Source: Setoptus koraiensis
Lineage: Eukaryota; Animalia; Arthropoda
DNA: 64,000 nucleotides
NCBI GenBank assembly: GCA_048013815.1
Contig: CM106585.1
Coordinates: forward strand, 23,746,001 to 23,810,000
Direction: 5' to 3'
Part shown: one piece after another, positions 33,901 through 46,400 of the stretch
Position numbering within the stretch: the first letter of the stretch is position 1
How the letters are laid out: each line of letters opens with the position of its first letter
Position numbers and translations under genes: made by a program
The notes under the pieces: generated by a model
The model's input: only the letters and a program-made list of their open reading frames with translations
What the model was told of the DNA's origin: nothing
Database searches by the model: none

Positions 33901-36526
33901 ACATAACAACCACTGACCTAATGATTACGTGCAAATATTCAAAAGTAAGCACAAAAAGAAATGTGGCCAAAAGAAAAAGATTATTCAGTACGCGAATTGT
34001 CGCGGGGAATTGTCGCGGGGTATTGTCGCCGGGAATTGTCGCACCGAAACGAGACGAAATGGGCAAAATGGGCAAAATGGGCAAATTGGGCAAAATGGAA
34101 AACGAAATTGTGCAACATTAAACAGGCGTGCGAAGCAAATCAGTTATCAGGGTGACATTTGATTCCATTTATTTGGTCGTGGTCAGAGGAGGCCGGCCAG
34201 AGCCGGCATCCGTTGGTGTTGCCCATTGGTGGCGTCTCTCGAATGGCAGCCAGTGCGCGCTGTAATTTGCATAGAGATGCGAATTAAATTGGCTGGCAAC
34301 AACAGCAGCAACGACAACAACCACGACGACACCAATAACAACAACAAGCAAAACAACGACAACAGCAACAGCAACAGCACACGTCCACATTAATGGCCAA
34401 GATTGGAGGCTTTTATCGCATTTTATGCAGCAGCGGATGTTGCAATGGATGTTGCGTCGCCAAATTGTTGTTGGTCTGGTTCACGTTGGCCCTATTCACC
34501 TATAAACTTGCTGATCTCGCCATCGATTGGTCACTTTTTGTGTTGGTCAACAGCAGCGGTTGCATGAGCCAACAATGGCGCCGGCCCCAACGGTGAGATT
34601 AAGTCTGTCTGGCTGGCTGGCTTGACTGATCTCGTGTAATCTAGTCTGGCTTATGTTTGCCATGCTGGCCAGATCTATTGTTTGCATTGACAGCAGCGCA
34701 GCAGTTGGTGTCACATGAAAGAGTGACTCACCTGTCATTGGTATCTGTGGTAGCATTTTGCAGATTATTTATTATTAGCACAATTAGCTCGCTCGCAATA
34801 TGCAAGCGACACTTCATCGGCCAGCCAAGTACGCGAGCAGCTTTTCAATCTGTGCACCAGTTGTTGCCGATTGAAAATTTTACATCTATTTTGAGATTTA
34901 TCCCATTGCCACGGCACCCTACATACAGCTGTGGGCCCATAGAGCGGCTTGCAACGGAACAGTTGCTGTTAATTTAGCATAAAAAAGCAATTACGTCGGG
35001 GGATTATTATTGCTATTATTACTGTTATTATTATTATCATTATTTTGATCTGCTCCGGCAAGCTGACTTGCATGATACAAGCCAATCCGATGCATGCATC
35101 CAACAGCGAACGCAAGCCGGCGGCCAGTTGAGCCGGATAAGCGATAGGCACTCAAACGCGATAGGCGATAGGCAGCAATTATTGAGAAGAGTATAATTGT
35201 TGTAAACTAGTGTTTGTGTGTCAAAACCATCAGATGACTTGTTTATCGACACAATCACTATATTTGCACAATCTGGTTTGCACCAGAGTTCGAGTGGCAT
35301 GCCGAAAAGTAATTTATTCAGCCTGAAATGGCGAGCCAATCCCATTTCAGGCAGATTTGTGTGGCGTTAGTGCGCAGAGTATTTGTGTGTCATTAGCAGT
35401 GACAATGAAGTGATTTTTTGTTTGTGTCGTTCCAATTTTGCATTGACTCCGCTATCAGAGAGCAGACTAATCAAAACTAACTTGAGCTACTCTTGTCATT
35501 GGTTCGTTGCAATACCAGTACCATTGCAAACGAGAATGGCCGCCAGCCAACTGACAACACTCACAACTTGTGAGTCACAAGCACAAAATTGCCAGCAAAA
35601 TGAAATGGCCAGCTCAAAATAGAACAAAATTAAATTAAATTCCCCCAAAATTCCCTGTAATAGATGCAAATTATTATAGAAAATTATTTTATTTCAATAT
35701 AATATGCTGTGCATGTTAACTCACCAAACTGTAACGGGGCAAATTCTGGTAAATGGTTCCCACTCTGGTCCAATTAAAATGTTTTATAAAGGGTATTCTG
35801 GCTAAACTGAGAGCGCTCTCCGAAGGCACAACGCGAAAAAAATTTGGATAGTTCTCTAATGTGTAAATGGGATCCGTATCAGCATATGAGACCTACAGTA
35901 GTAGTTGTAACAGGGCAAGTAGTAGCAACAACAATGGCGACAAATTAGGATATATTGCATTAGTATTTACATTGAAGTGTTATTAAGACGGATGAGCGGA
36001 TGTCTATTTAGCGCGTGTGTCTATTTGTTAGTGTGATATATTTGTTTGTCTGTGCCCAGAGTGAGTGTGCCCAGTTTCTGTGCCAACACACCCACACACA
36101 CACGCTGAGCAATTACATAAAAGTGATGAGTGACATAATAGTGACAAACAAACAAACCAGCGAGCCAGCAGATAGACAAACAAAAGCAGAAGAAACATTT
36201 CAATAGTTTGTAACCGGATGGTGGCCGGTATGACTGGCCCTAATTGAATTACCATTCACCGACTTGCACCGAGAAACCATTAGTTTGCATTAGTTTGTTA
36301 TTTACACACTCAAACAGCTGACATTTGACAGTTGTCAGCTGACAGTTGACAGTCGACATTTGACTCAAATGATTTGAGTGTAACTCACCTGGATAAGATC
36401 GAAAAAATACGATGCCTTGGCTATTGGATCCGTGCTAACTCGACAGGCGTCACCATAGAGGAGCATCTTCTTTGGTTCTTCGTACACCATGTCGAAAAAT
36501 TGTTTTAAACTAACTGTGGCGTTACA
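25673..36526 (-). CDS. GABA-B-R2: Metabotropic GABA-B receptor subunit 2, 5'-partial, 13 exons mapped (1,888 aa plus stop)
   Basis: Exons 5' to 3', all GT-AG and phase-consistent: 36526-36389, 35892-35725, 32696-32568, 32158-31892, 31745-31497, 31368-31215, 31112-30962, 30790-30658, 30485-30255, 30134-30001, 29859-29802, 29688-29545, 29383-25673. R2-type motifs: [117 protein letters not shown]...RVRATL, then a coiled coil. Confidence 0.95.
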
Positions 36527-38570
36527 CTAATTATAACCATGATTGATTAGTGTGTGTGTCGATGACATTTTGTCGATGACAAGAGATGGACGAAATGGAG
36601 TTTTTAATAAAAGAGTGAGAGAGAGAGAGAGTTTATTAATAGTTAGTTTATTTATAGTTGTGATGGATCGAGAACTCAATTTGCCGACTGCTATTGCGTT
36701 TGTGTTGCGTGCAAAAGTAATGGTGTTTTGATTGCAATCATGCCGACCAAATCACCATTCGATGATGCAATCGATTTGTCTGGCCCAGTTCGATGTGCTT
36801 GAGCAGTCGAACTGAGCCAGCAACTCTGCAAACTGTCTGAGCATCATTCGAAATATCTAGTCTGAGCACCATTCGAAATATCTAGTCTGAATATCTGTCG
36901 AAATGTCTAGTCTAATTTGATTAGAATAAATAGAGAAATAGAGTTTATTCGCAATTAAGTGCGGATGGTGCATTCAAACTTGGAGCTCACAACCTCACTC
37001 ACAACTTGTGACTCACAAGGGCCGTACAATTTTTGCTGACAATGCTCACAATTACCATCAGCGGGCCCTTATCAGCCCCCGATAGTCGGGGCCTCATGTT
37101 TGTATGGAGGTTTTATACGTGTTTATATGTGCGGCCTGCCACGTCTAAACCGAACCCGAACTTGAACCCGAACCCGAACACGATATCACGTAGCAAAATA
37201 ATCACGCTACGCGCGTAGTACGTGTCTAGACGCTAATGCAGTTTTGCCATTGCTTTCTCAATTGGGGCTGCTTCATATGTTCAATGGCACAAAATGATAA
37301 GAGAATTAGATCGATTTAGATTTAGCCCGCCGTTCGATGGCAACGGTGAGTTGCTGGTTAGCTGTGCTGGTTGCACCGACAGCAATGGCGACAACACTGG
37401 CCTGGCTGCCAGCGACCGAGCTAGGCGTATTTGGCCAAAAAGATATCGCAACTGATAATGGGTATTCTCTACTGGCTGTCGGGTACGGGATTAGGTAGGC
37501 CAGAAATGGTTTTGTGTGTTAGAGGAGCGGGGCAATTGAATTAAATTGAATTGAAGGCATCACGATCATAAATTAAAAGATCATTAGGCTTAGTAGCGAT
37601 CGAGCGGACGCGCGCAACCGATAAGACACTTGTGTCCGATGTCGTGCAGCGCTGTCTTGTCCGATGCCACCGACACACACCATTGTCGGTATCGTGGGCC
37701 CCATTCTGGTCGCTGCATTCTGGTCGCTGCATTCTGGTGGCGGGAGTCTACTCGCCAGAGTCTGGTCGCCAGAGTGTGTGAGCCGGGTCGGATTGAGCCG
37801 ATTGGGGCGCGAGCAGCCACAATGGCAACAATGGCAGCTCGATAGAGTCGTCCGCGGCTAGCCATTGTTGATAAGCAGTGACGAGCTGCAGTCTGGCTAT
37901 GTGCTCAAACATTTACCATTAGCGCAACGACTTGTTTGTATGTGAATTGTTGTTTGTCGTGCCATTTTATTGCAATTCACAATTCACAATTCGCGATTTG
38001 CGATTTGCGATTTGCGATTCGCGATTGTCAGCAGCGTCGCCGGCAAGTGGCACCATGTTGCAGTGGCCAGATGAAGGGCACCCACGACGATCATTGGCGG
38101 GCCCGCTGTTTTTTAAACTATCGCTACTCGACTAGCTGCGATATAAACAACTCGACAAGTCGCACGAGTCGAGCTTTGGCCGACTTTTGCTTTAATCGAA
38201 CCGGGCACCGGACGCACAGTAATTGAACGAGACACACACAATATACAAATATTTATATTCAGTGCCACAACCATTTGCAACACACTGTTGGAGTACATGC
38301 GTTTGTTTGCCCAATCTTATATCTTGTGTATTACATATTATATAATATATATTTCTCAGTCATACATATAACTGATGATGCTGTTGGCCGATTTTCATTT
38401 TCATTCGCGTTTCTATTTTCATGTCATTGCCAGTGAATGCTGCCAACGCTGACCAACGATGCACATCATCAACCATCGCTCGCTCTAACCATTAAACCGT
38501 TTGTGCCACTGGGGGCCCCTTTGAGAGTTGCTTGCCATGCAACTTGCGTCTAGCCACCCCATGCAATCAT

Positions 38571-38639
38571 CTCAGTCGGCTCAGTCGGCTCGGTTGGCTC
38601 AGTTGGCTCGGTTGGCTCGGTTGGCTCGGTTGGCTCAGT
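38571..38639. repeat. 9-bp minisatellite (GGCTCRGTY)n, about 7-8 copies
   Basis: Direct reading. Confidence 0.9.
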
Positions 38640-39028
38640 GGCGCCAGTTGCTGCGGTCGCATCCCCAGTCGCAGCTCAGCAGTGTTCAATTGCTGGCACG
38701 ATGATATTTGGTTTACACAGCTCTATTCTGGGGCCCGCTGCTCACTCAGGAGCCGAGCGAGGCTTTTTAATCAACAGCGGCCACAATAAATGGTTTCAGA
38801 TAGCCGTTTATACATTATATTGCATCTTTTGAGCAGACAGTGAATATTGTTGCAATTGTGCAATCTCAACATTGTTGCGCACACACTATTCAAACCATGA
38901 TAACCAATCGTTGGAGCAGACCAAAAAAAGTCAAACTCATCAGCTTGTGGCTCCGTCTGGTCGTTGTTTGTGTCCTTAGTTGGCCATAAATGATATTTCG
39001 CTAGCGATGATCGTTCATTCGTTGGCCC

Positions 39029-39109
39029 AATCCGACGAATCCGACGAATCCGACGAATCCGACGAATCCGACGAATCCGAAGAATCCGAAGAATCCGAAG
39101 AATCCGAAG
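39029..39109. repeat. 9-bp minisatellite: 5x AATCCGACG then 4x AATCCGAAG
   Basis: Direct reading; the unit variant switches once within the array. Confidence 0.95.
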
Positions 39110-40254
39110 AATGAAGAAACGCATCGTATCAGACAAAAAAGAAGCCAACTCTTGGTAACAGTTTAGCTTCGTTTGACAGTTTGGGCCTCACTGACCTGCC
39201 TGCAATGCGAACGCGAGCCAGCCTGATTGAACCTGATTGCCTTCGCTTTTGACCATTACAGTCAAGACGCTCATCTCAAGCGCTCTGGCCAACTCTGTCG
39301 CTCTCATTTGCTGTCTGGCCTGACTGGCTGTCTAACCAGTTAGCTAGCTGATTGAGCAGCTGATTAACCAGTTGACTGAGTCCACTAGTTAGCGGGCTCA
39401 ATCAGCAAGCTGGCAAGAATTGCTTTTGGCATCGCTGCTGGCTGCTGGCTGCAACGCTCGATGTATATAATGTGACTTGCGAAGGAGCCCCAAACTTGCT
39501 TCAATGCATGGATGTTGTGTCCTCGTTGGGCCGTCAACTCGGGGCTAACTCGCCTCGTTAGCCTATTGACAAGTCATAATAATAGATGTTAACTCACAAC
39601 TTATCGGGCCGAGATGCCTCTTAGCTGTGTGTTTAATTTATTTAGTCGTGCCAGCGAGAGCCAACTAAATGAACGGTCAGCAACTGAGGCACAAAGTTGC
39701 CACAGTTGCTGTCGTAGTGTCTGTGTCTGTCCAGTAGACAGGTAAAAGTGTGCTGGCCACTGGACAGACTCTATTATTGGATTCTATTATTGGACTCTAT
39801 TATTGGACTCTATTATTGGCAATTACTGGGCGAAATTGGGGCCTCGAGAGTGTAAAGTTGAGACAGGATGTAGACAAATGTAACACTTTGGGTGTGTGTC
39901 ATCATGGTGAGACTTGTGTCTTATGATGACCACGAAGCTGCTGATGATGATGAAAGCATCAGAGAGATGAGATTTGAGCGCTTGAGAGCGCAAGAAGCGA
40001 GTGAGGAAAAAAGCGAAAAGGGGCCACTGGGCTCAACGAGTTACAGAAAGAATTGCACACAGGGACCAATGACATTCGGAGGAAAACCAATGAAACATTC
40101 ATGAGGCTTGCCTCTACTGTCGCTGTATATGTGATAATAAGCATGATAATAATGATAATAACAACAATAATCTCAATAATAACAATGATAACGTTAATAT
40201 TATTGTTGTTTCTTACTTCACATGTGTCGCCTACATTTGCAATTGTGTCCTCTG

Positions 40255-40427
40255 CTCATCTTCTCATCTTCTCATCTTCTCATCTTCTCATCTTCTCATC
40301 TTCTCATCTTCTCATCTTCTCATCTTCTCATCTTCTCATCTTCTCATCTTCTCATCTTCTCATCTTCTCATCTTCTCATCTTCTCATCTTCTCATCTTCT
40401 CATCTTCTCATCTTCTCATCTTCTCAT
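40255..40427. repeat. (TTCTCATC)n octamer array, about 21 perfect copies
   Basis: Direct reading; 20 exact units span 40261-40420. Confidence 0.97.
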
Positions 40428-43400
40428 TTCATTTGATCTTATTTCGTCTTATTTCATCTCAGCCGCAACACGTGTAATTGCTCGAATGGCACCGGGCCAA
40501 CGGGGCCGATTGACGTGACTCAATTACTGTGTCAGCACTCTCAATTTAATCGACAGCGACGCACCTAGCTACTGTGCACCAATCAACTGTGTACATGTGA
40601 GGCTTGGAGGTGCTATTATTAAAAGATGCAATAAGTTGCACATTTTTATCCCCGTTTCATGCCGTTTTATCTGGTCGTTTCAGTCTGTTGGGCAACACAA
40701 GACCCCCCACTCACCAGCCGCCTGCGAATTACCAATTCTTCAATTGGCCCGCTCTCTGCCGCTCTCAAATGCTAAAAATCTGACCGAGCCAGGGAATTGG
40801 GCAAGTTAATTTATGTGTCGAGCATAACTAAATTAGAGAACTGGCCCATGTGCAACTGGCCAGCGAGTGGGCGAGTGAGCGAGTTTGTGAGTTGCGTAAG
40901 GCCGGATAAAGGTCGGATTATAGCCACCTTTTGCTTGTTGTCGGGCCAGCCGAGTCATCTTAATGCTGGGCACACACAATGTGCCCACAACTAGCAGCTA
41001 GGCTCAAATCTGCCGCTGCGGCCGCTGCTGACCTTTTGCTTTGAGTTGGGCCCGTTTGCTAGAGAGTGCTAGTTGTTGTTTCTTTTCTGCTCTCGCTCGG
41101 GACACTTTCATTGAGGCCCAACGGAACAGCTTTGTGTGAGCCTAGCGACTGTGCGAGTCGCCAATTTTGCGACTTGTGTGCGCCTAGCGACCGTGCGACG
41201 CGCCAATGAGACTAGCTCGGCCGACATGGCGAGCTCGTTAACTGGATGCTCGCTAGCTCGCTGGCTCACTGCTCGCTCGGCTGCCAACAAGCGGCGAAAC
41301 AAGATGGCGACCGGGTAACTGGCGACGACATGAGTTGAATATTGATTGATGATGACGGTCACATGATGATTAAAATCATTCAATGGCCGCCACTCAACGT
41401 TGGCCAGACTTTTATGCTGTGACAGTATTGCTGTGCGACGGCATAAAGCTGCACAAAAGTGTGTACTGCTCGCAAACCTAATATTCATCTTGAAATCAAA
41501 TGACGTGTGATCGGCCGGCCGAGCATCAAGGCCAAATGAGCTGCCAACAAAGGCATTGCAGCGAGTGTCGTTGAGCCGCTCTCTAGCTGGCAATGGCAAG
41601 CGACAAGCACCATTAAATTGAATGGCGATGGTGAAACATTAAGCAAGTGACCGCTGCCAACTGACCGACTGACCAGCTGACCAACTGACAAGTGCCATGA
41701 CAATGATGATGATGGCAATCATAATCATCGCCGTCATTGTGATTGGCATCATTGCATAACAGCAACATTAGCGACAATCATGTCAGACGGCATGTTATTT
41801 TGTCATCTCATACATGGCCGATGCACTATTGCCGATACTCACATTGTCAGTTGAAGTTTGTAGTGACTGACAAACTTTTGCGCAATTCGCTTGATTTGTG
41901 ACCCATTTATGACTTATTGGTGACTTATGGCCACTCACAGACCATTGATGCCGTCAATTACACCATTGCGGTACAAGCGCACTGCTCATATGCCCAACAA
42001 CAACATATCCAACAACAACATATCCAACAACAACATATCCAACAACAACGACAACGATATCACTCTCTATTTATCCAGCTATTTGAGCGGCTCTGTTCCG
42101 ATTGCTGGCTCGCTCACCACAAACCTGTTTTGTGCCGCTTCATTTAGCCCAACATGTAATCTCACAATTGTCACAGAGGCAGTCTCTTGAGTATCAATTG
42201 CTTGATAGTCACTTCCAAGCTGCGATGGCTGCTCAATTGGAGGACCCTTTATATTGTCCAGTTACCTATTGCAAGTAGCATCTATATATTTCAAGCTGGG
42301 CTCTCTCGTTGCTGTTTATCTTTATTTTTTATCATTTTATCATTTGTATCACATGTATCATTTTTATCAGTGGGACACACGATACAATGGCCATCAATGT
42401 GGAGCGAGTTGGAATAAATTGTAGATCAAAGATCCCATTCGAGACACAATAATTGCCGACAATTGTGATCGGGACGCTCTGTTCAAAATGCACACTTCGA
42501 TCTGCTGTCTCGGTGCTGTTTTGCGTTTCCTTTGGATGGGCCACTCAATCGAGAGTTGACATGATGAGACAGAAGGCATGAAAAATAGGCATAAATATGA
42601 ATAAGCCGACGACAATAGCTGGCAGCCCGATCGTGGACAAGATGGCACAAATGACGCAAATGACGCAAATGGCACAATTGGCGCAAATGGCACAACTGGC
42701 GCAAATGGCACAACTGACGCAAAATGGCGAGCACGGAATGCAAAGAGGGGCCAAGAATTAATTTGGCTTGTTTGTAATATCGCAACGACTCATTAATTTC
42801 AAGCGAGCGACTCTTCTTTCATTAGTTGTTTGGCTGGCTGCTGATTGTGCTCGCTAGGCCGTCGGTTTCTATTGGATCCATTAAGAGAATTGACGCCAGT
42901 TAGTTGCTGGCAAGCTCATTGGTGATCATTCAAGATTATTACGAATATTTGCCTCAAAGTCGTTTGTTGGAACTCTGTTGTATTTGGCCCCAACAACAAC
43001 AGCAACGACAGCAGCTATTGTTGGAATTGATTATAGCGATAATAGCGCTGGTTGTGATTTGGCTGTGGGCAGTTTGCGCTCACAATGAACAAACAAACAG
43101 TGACCAGGCTCATACAATGTAAAACAAGCCACACTGACCAACTAATGATTAAGTGATATAGATTGATGATGACTGCCTTTATAATAATAATTCATATGGT
43201 TTAAAACCATGGAATGGCCCGCACTGGGGCCCGCACTGGGGCCCGCATTGGGGCCCCAATTGAGGCGCAAACTGCGGACTGAACTGAGCACTGAATGACG
43301 AAATGGCCAATATATGTACGTCGTGGGCTATCAACAAATCAACATTGTTCAGTTGAATGTTGACTGTGAGCAACATCATTGGTCTTAATCATGCATGTTT

Positions 43401-46400
43401 ACTCATTATTGCAATACACTTATTATATTATTGTTTTTAACTTGAACTTAAACTCACACTGTCAGAATTCTGTCTAATTCTGTCCAATTCTGTCTAATTC
43501 TGTCTTTTGGTGTCTAATCAACAACCGTGACGGTAGCAATTACAATTGTAAAAGTTGCATGTACATGTTTGTTGACACCGATGCCACTGGCTGTTTGCCC
43601 ACTGACCAAGCGACCAGCCAGTGCGCATAATTAGCGACGCTAAATTTTAGCGATATAAGCAAACTGGTGCAATTGATATGCTTGCAACATTGTATCATGG
43701 CAGCGTACATGCTATAAATGCTAATGAATGTAAACATAGGCTGCTTATAACCGGCTCACTGTTACATAATGGCTGTTATATGTAACAACTCGCCAGCGGT
43801 GACAAGAACAATAACTGCAAGTATTTGTTAATATGCACTGCTTATTGATACTATTTATCAAATTATATCACTATTTGAATATCAATTGAATTTCGAAGCG
43901 AATGGCGCAAATGTGCACCGAATGAACCCATTGAATTCATCATTTATTGGAGCCTCTTTGGGTGCACACTGTGTAGCGGGCACTTTGATGGTTGTGTAGC
44001 CAGCCGAGCAGATGACAAGTTGTCATTGACAAGTGATGAGTGCTGCAGAAAATGGCCAAGCTTCGAGAAAGCAGCCAAAAACAAACACAACTGGGCCTCA
44101 TTTCGTGATTGCGTCCTTTTGCGTTTTTTTGCCACCTACAGCTGCTTTCAAATTGTGCTGGCCTCTAATTGTGTAATCTGATGTGCTGCTGTTGGTGCCC
44201 CCACAGGCACTAAACAACGCAACACAACACAACGCAACACATCACAATGGCCCATTCAAATGGCTGGCTGATTATTAATACATGGCCATGTATCGCGGCC
44301 ATCCATCAGAGCCAACACTATGACACCTATTAATATATTGATATACGCATGAGGAGAGTTGCGTTAACTCACCACCAGAAGGAGATGAGCGCGTGAAGTG
44401 AGAGGCCCAGCGAGGCCCCACTAAAACAAAACAACTCAACTCGTCAGCGCAATCGTCCTCAAAAGAATTGTGAGCAAAGCAAAACAAAGCGCAAGTGAAA
44501 AAGTAAATCTATAACTGGAACAAACAACAGGCCCGGTAAGACAGATAAAGCAAATAAGCCTATTTGTCACAACGAGCTACTAATCACCAGAGCCTCGTCT
44601 TGAGAGAGCGAGCCCAACAACCAACAACAACAACCAACAACAACAACCAACAAAAACCAAGAACAACAACCAACAACAAAGCGCCAAACAAAGGGCCGAT
44701 TCGCGATTTGTCACAAGCGAGCAACAACGTGACCTTTTGTGTCGCATCGAAGCTGTGCGACTGTTGCGAACCCCCTGAACGCTTTCGAAGCGCCCCAAAG
44801 CCTCCGACGAATCGCCCGAATCTCAGAAATGTCGCAGTTCTCACGGGATCAGCTTAACAAGATGAAAAGTTGTCACGATGCAGGGTATATTCGTGCCAGC
44901 TGATAGGAGTCTCGAGTGAAGTGTCACTAAGCCAAAGCGGTCAAAGCGTCACTTGTTATGCGCTGGAGCATCAATGGTGCATGACGCAACAAGACAAACG
45001 GCCCCGATGCGCTCGGCTGGATGCCCGTGGCCCGGGTTGTTGCACGCATACAAACAATTGGCACACAATAGACGCAAATAAATCCGTCCATCAAATCGCC
45101 AGCCATTGCAGTGAGTTTTTAATTACGTGCCACAACATCACGTTATGTGATTAAATTGCCCAATGGCCATGTCGTAAGATTGATTTTCCATTTATCACAG
45201 TTATGATTGTTATTTTGTTGCTGTCATTTTCATTGTAAGAGTATATACATTGTAAGGGATTACAGCAAACAACAATTGTGACAATTATAGCTCAGTTAGC
45301 GATAGCACAATTTGTCAGCGCCCCATTGAAACAATGGAGTGGGCCGCTCACCAATTGCAGCAACCATTTCAAATTTGAATCTCGCACCATGATGATGGGT
45401 TGATTCAAACGGCTTATTGGCGTCTAAAATGGGGCCGTCTCAATGTAATGCGTCTAATGCAAGTGGCAACATGGAAGAACCAAAACGTGACACAAGTCGC
45501 TGCGAGCGCAATTGCAAACTGCAGTCACGCCAGTGACCTCTCTCGCTAAAAGTGTCAATCATTACAGTTTTGTGTCTGTTGACACTTGCAAATGACTTTC
45601 ACCTGTCCTTTATACGGTTTATGAGGTGCTGATAGCGACACAATCAGCGTTTGCTTATTTGCATGCTTATTTGTGTATTTGTATGCAGAACAGCCATAAA
45701 TTAGTTGGTATCACAGTGATAACCAGGCGCCAGTTGGCCAATTTCGGGCCTTTCGCTTTCAGCTTTTTTGGCGTTTCTCTTGTTTTTGCCACTTGGCTGT
45801 TTTTGGCTGTGTGTTCGCCAGAGGGCAAGTAGATTCGGCGCCCGCTAATTATTAAAATCGAAATCAAAATTAAAATAAGATCAAATCAACAGCGCGCATC
45901 GCTTCAATATGAGCATATGTAACGTATGTTATGTTGACCTGAGCACCGCGAATGCTGATCCTACGCGACTCGCCAACACTGTAAGCTGCGCAAAATAATT
46001 ATAATCAATATAATTATATAACGGCGAACCTGTCGCGCCTCTCAAAATCATTGGTTCAGTGCTGGCCAGACTGTGGAGGGCACACAACGGCTTACAGCGA
46101 GCAGTCCAATGGACACTGTTGGGGGCCTCATTTCATTTATTTGAAAGTGGTCGCGCAAGAGCGCCAACGGCCGTTGCATTTCATTTAAATAAGCCTATCT
46201 AAACGCTATCCTATAGGTGCTGGCACTATTGTCACCATCACTGGCAGCGTCGACAGCAGCAATGGCAATTCTGGTCGAGCAGAGATTGATTTTCTATGCG
46301 TATAACGTATATGTGTGCTAGTTGCAGGATTATTGTCGCTGGAGGGTGGTTGTTGCGCACGTAGCAGTTACGCAACAACTGCAGTTGTTGTCTAGGCCAA

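Noticed and set aside
35423-35434. WNDT codons resembling the missing GABA-B first exon
   Set aside because: Wrong order (inside a downstream intron), no donor site, and no surrounding similarity.
36865-36879. 15-nt match to miR-285/miR-29 (AGCACCATTCGAAAT)
   Set aside because: It lies inside a short tandem duplication, forms no hairpin, and the 5' base and 3' end differ.
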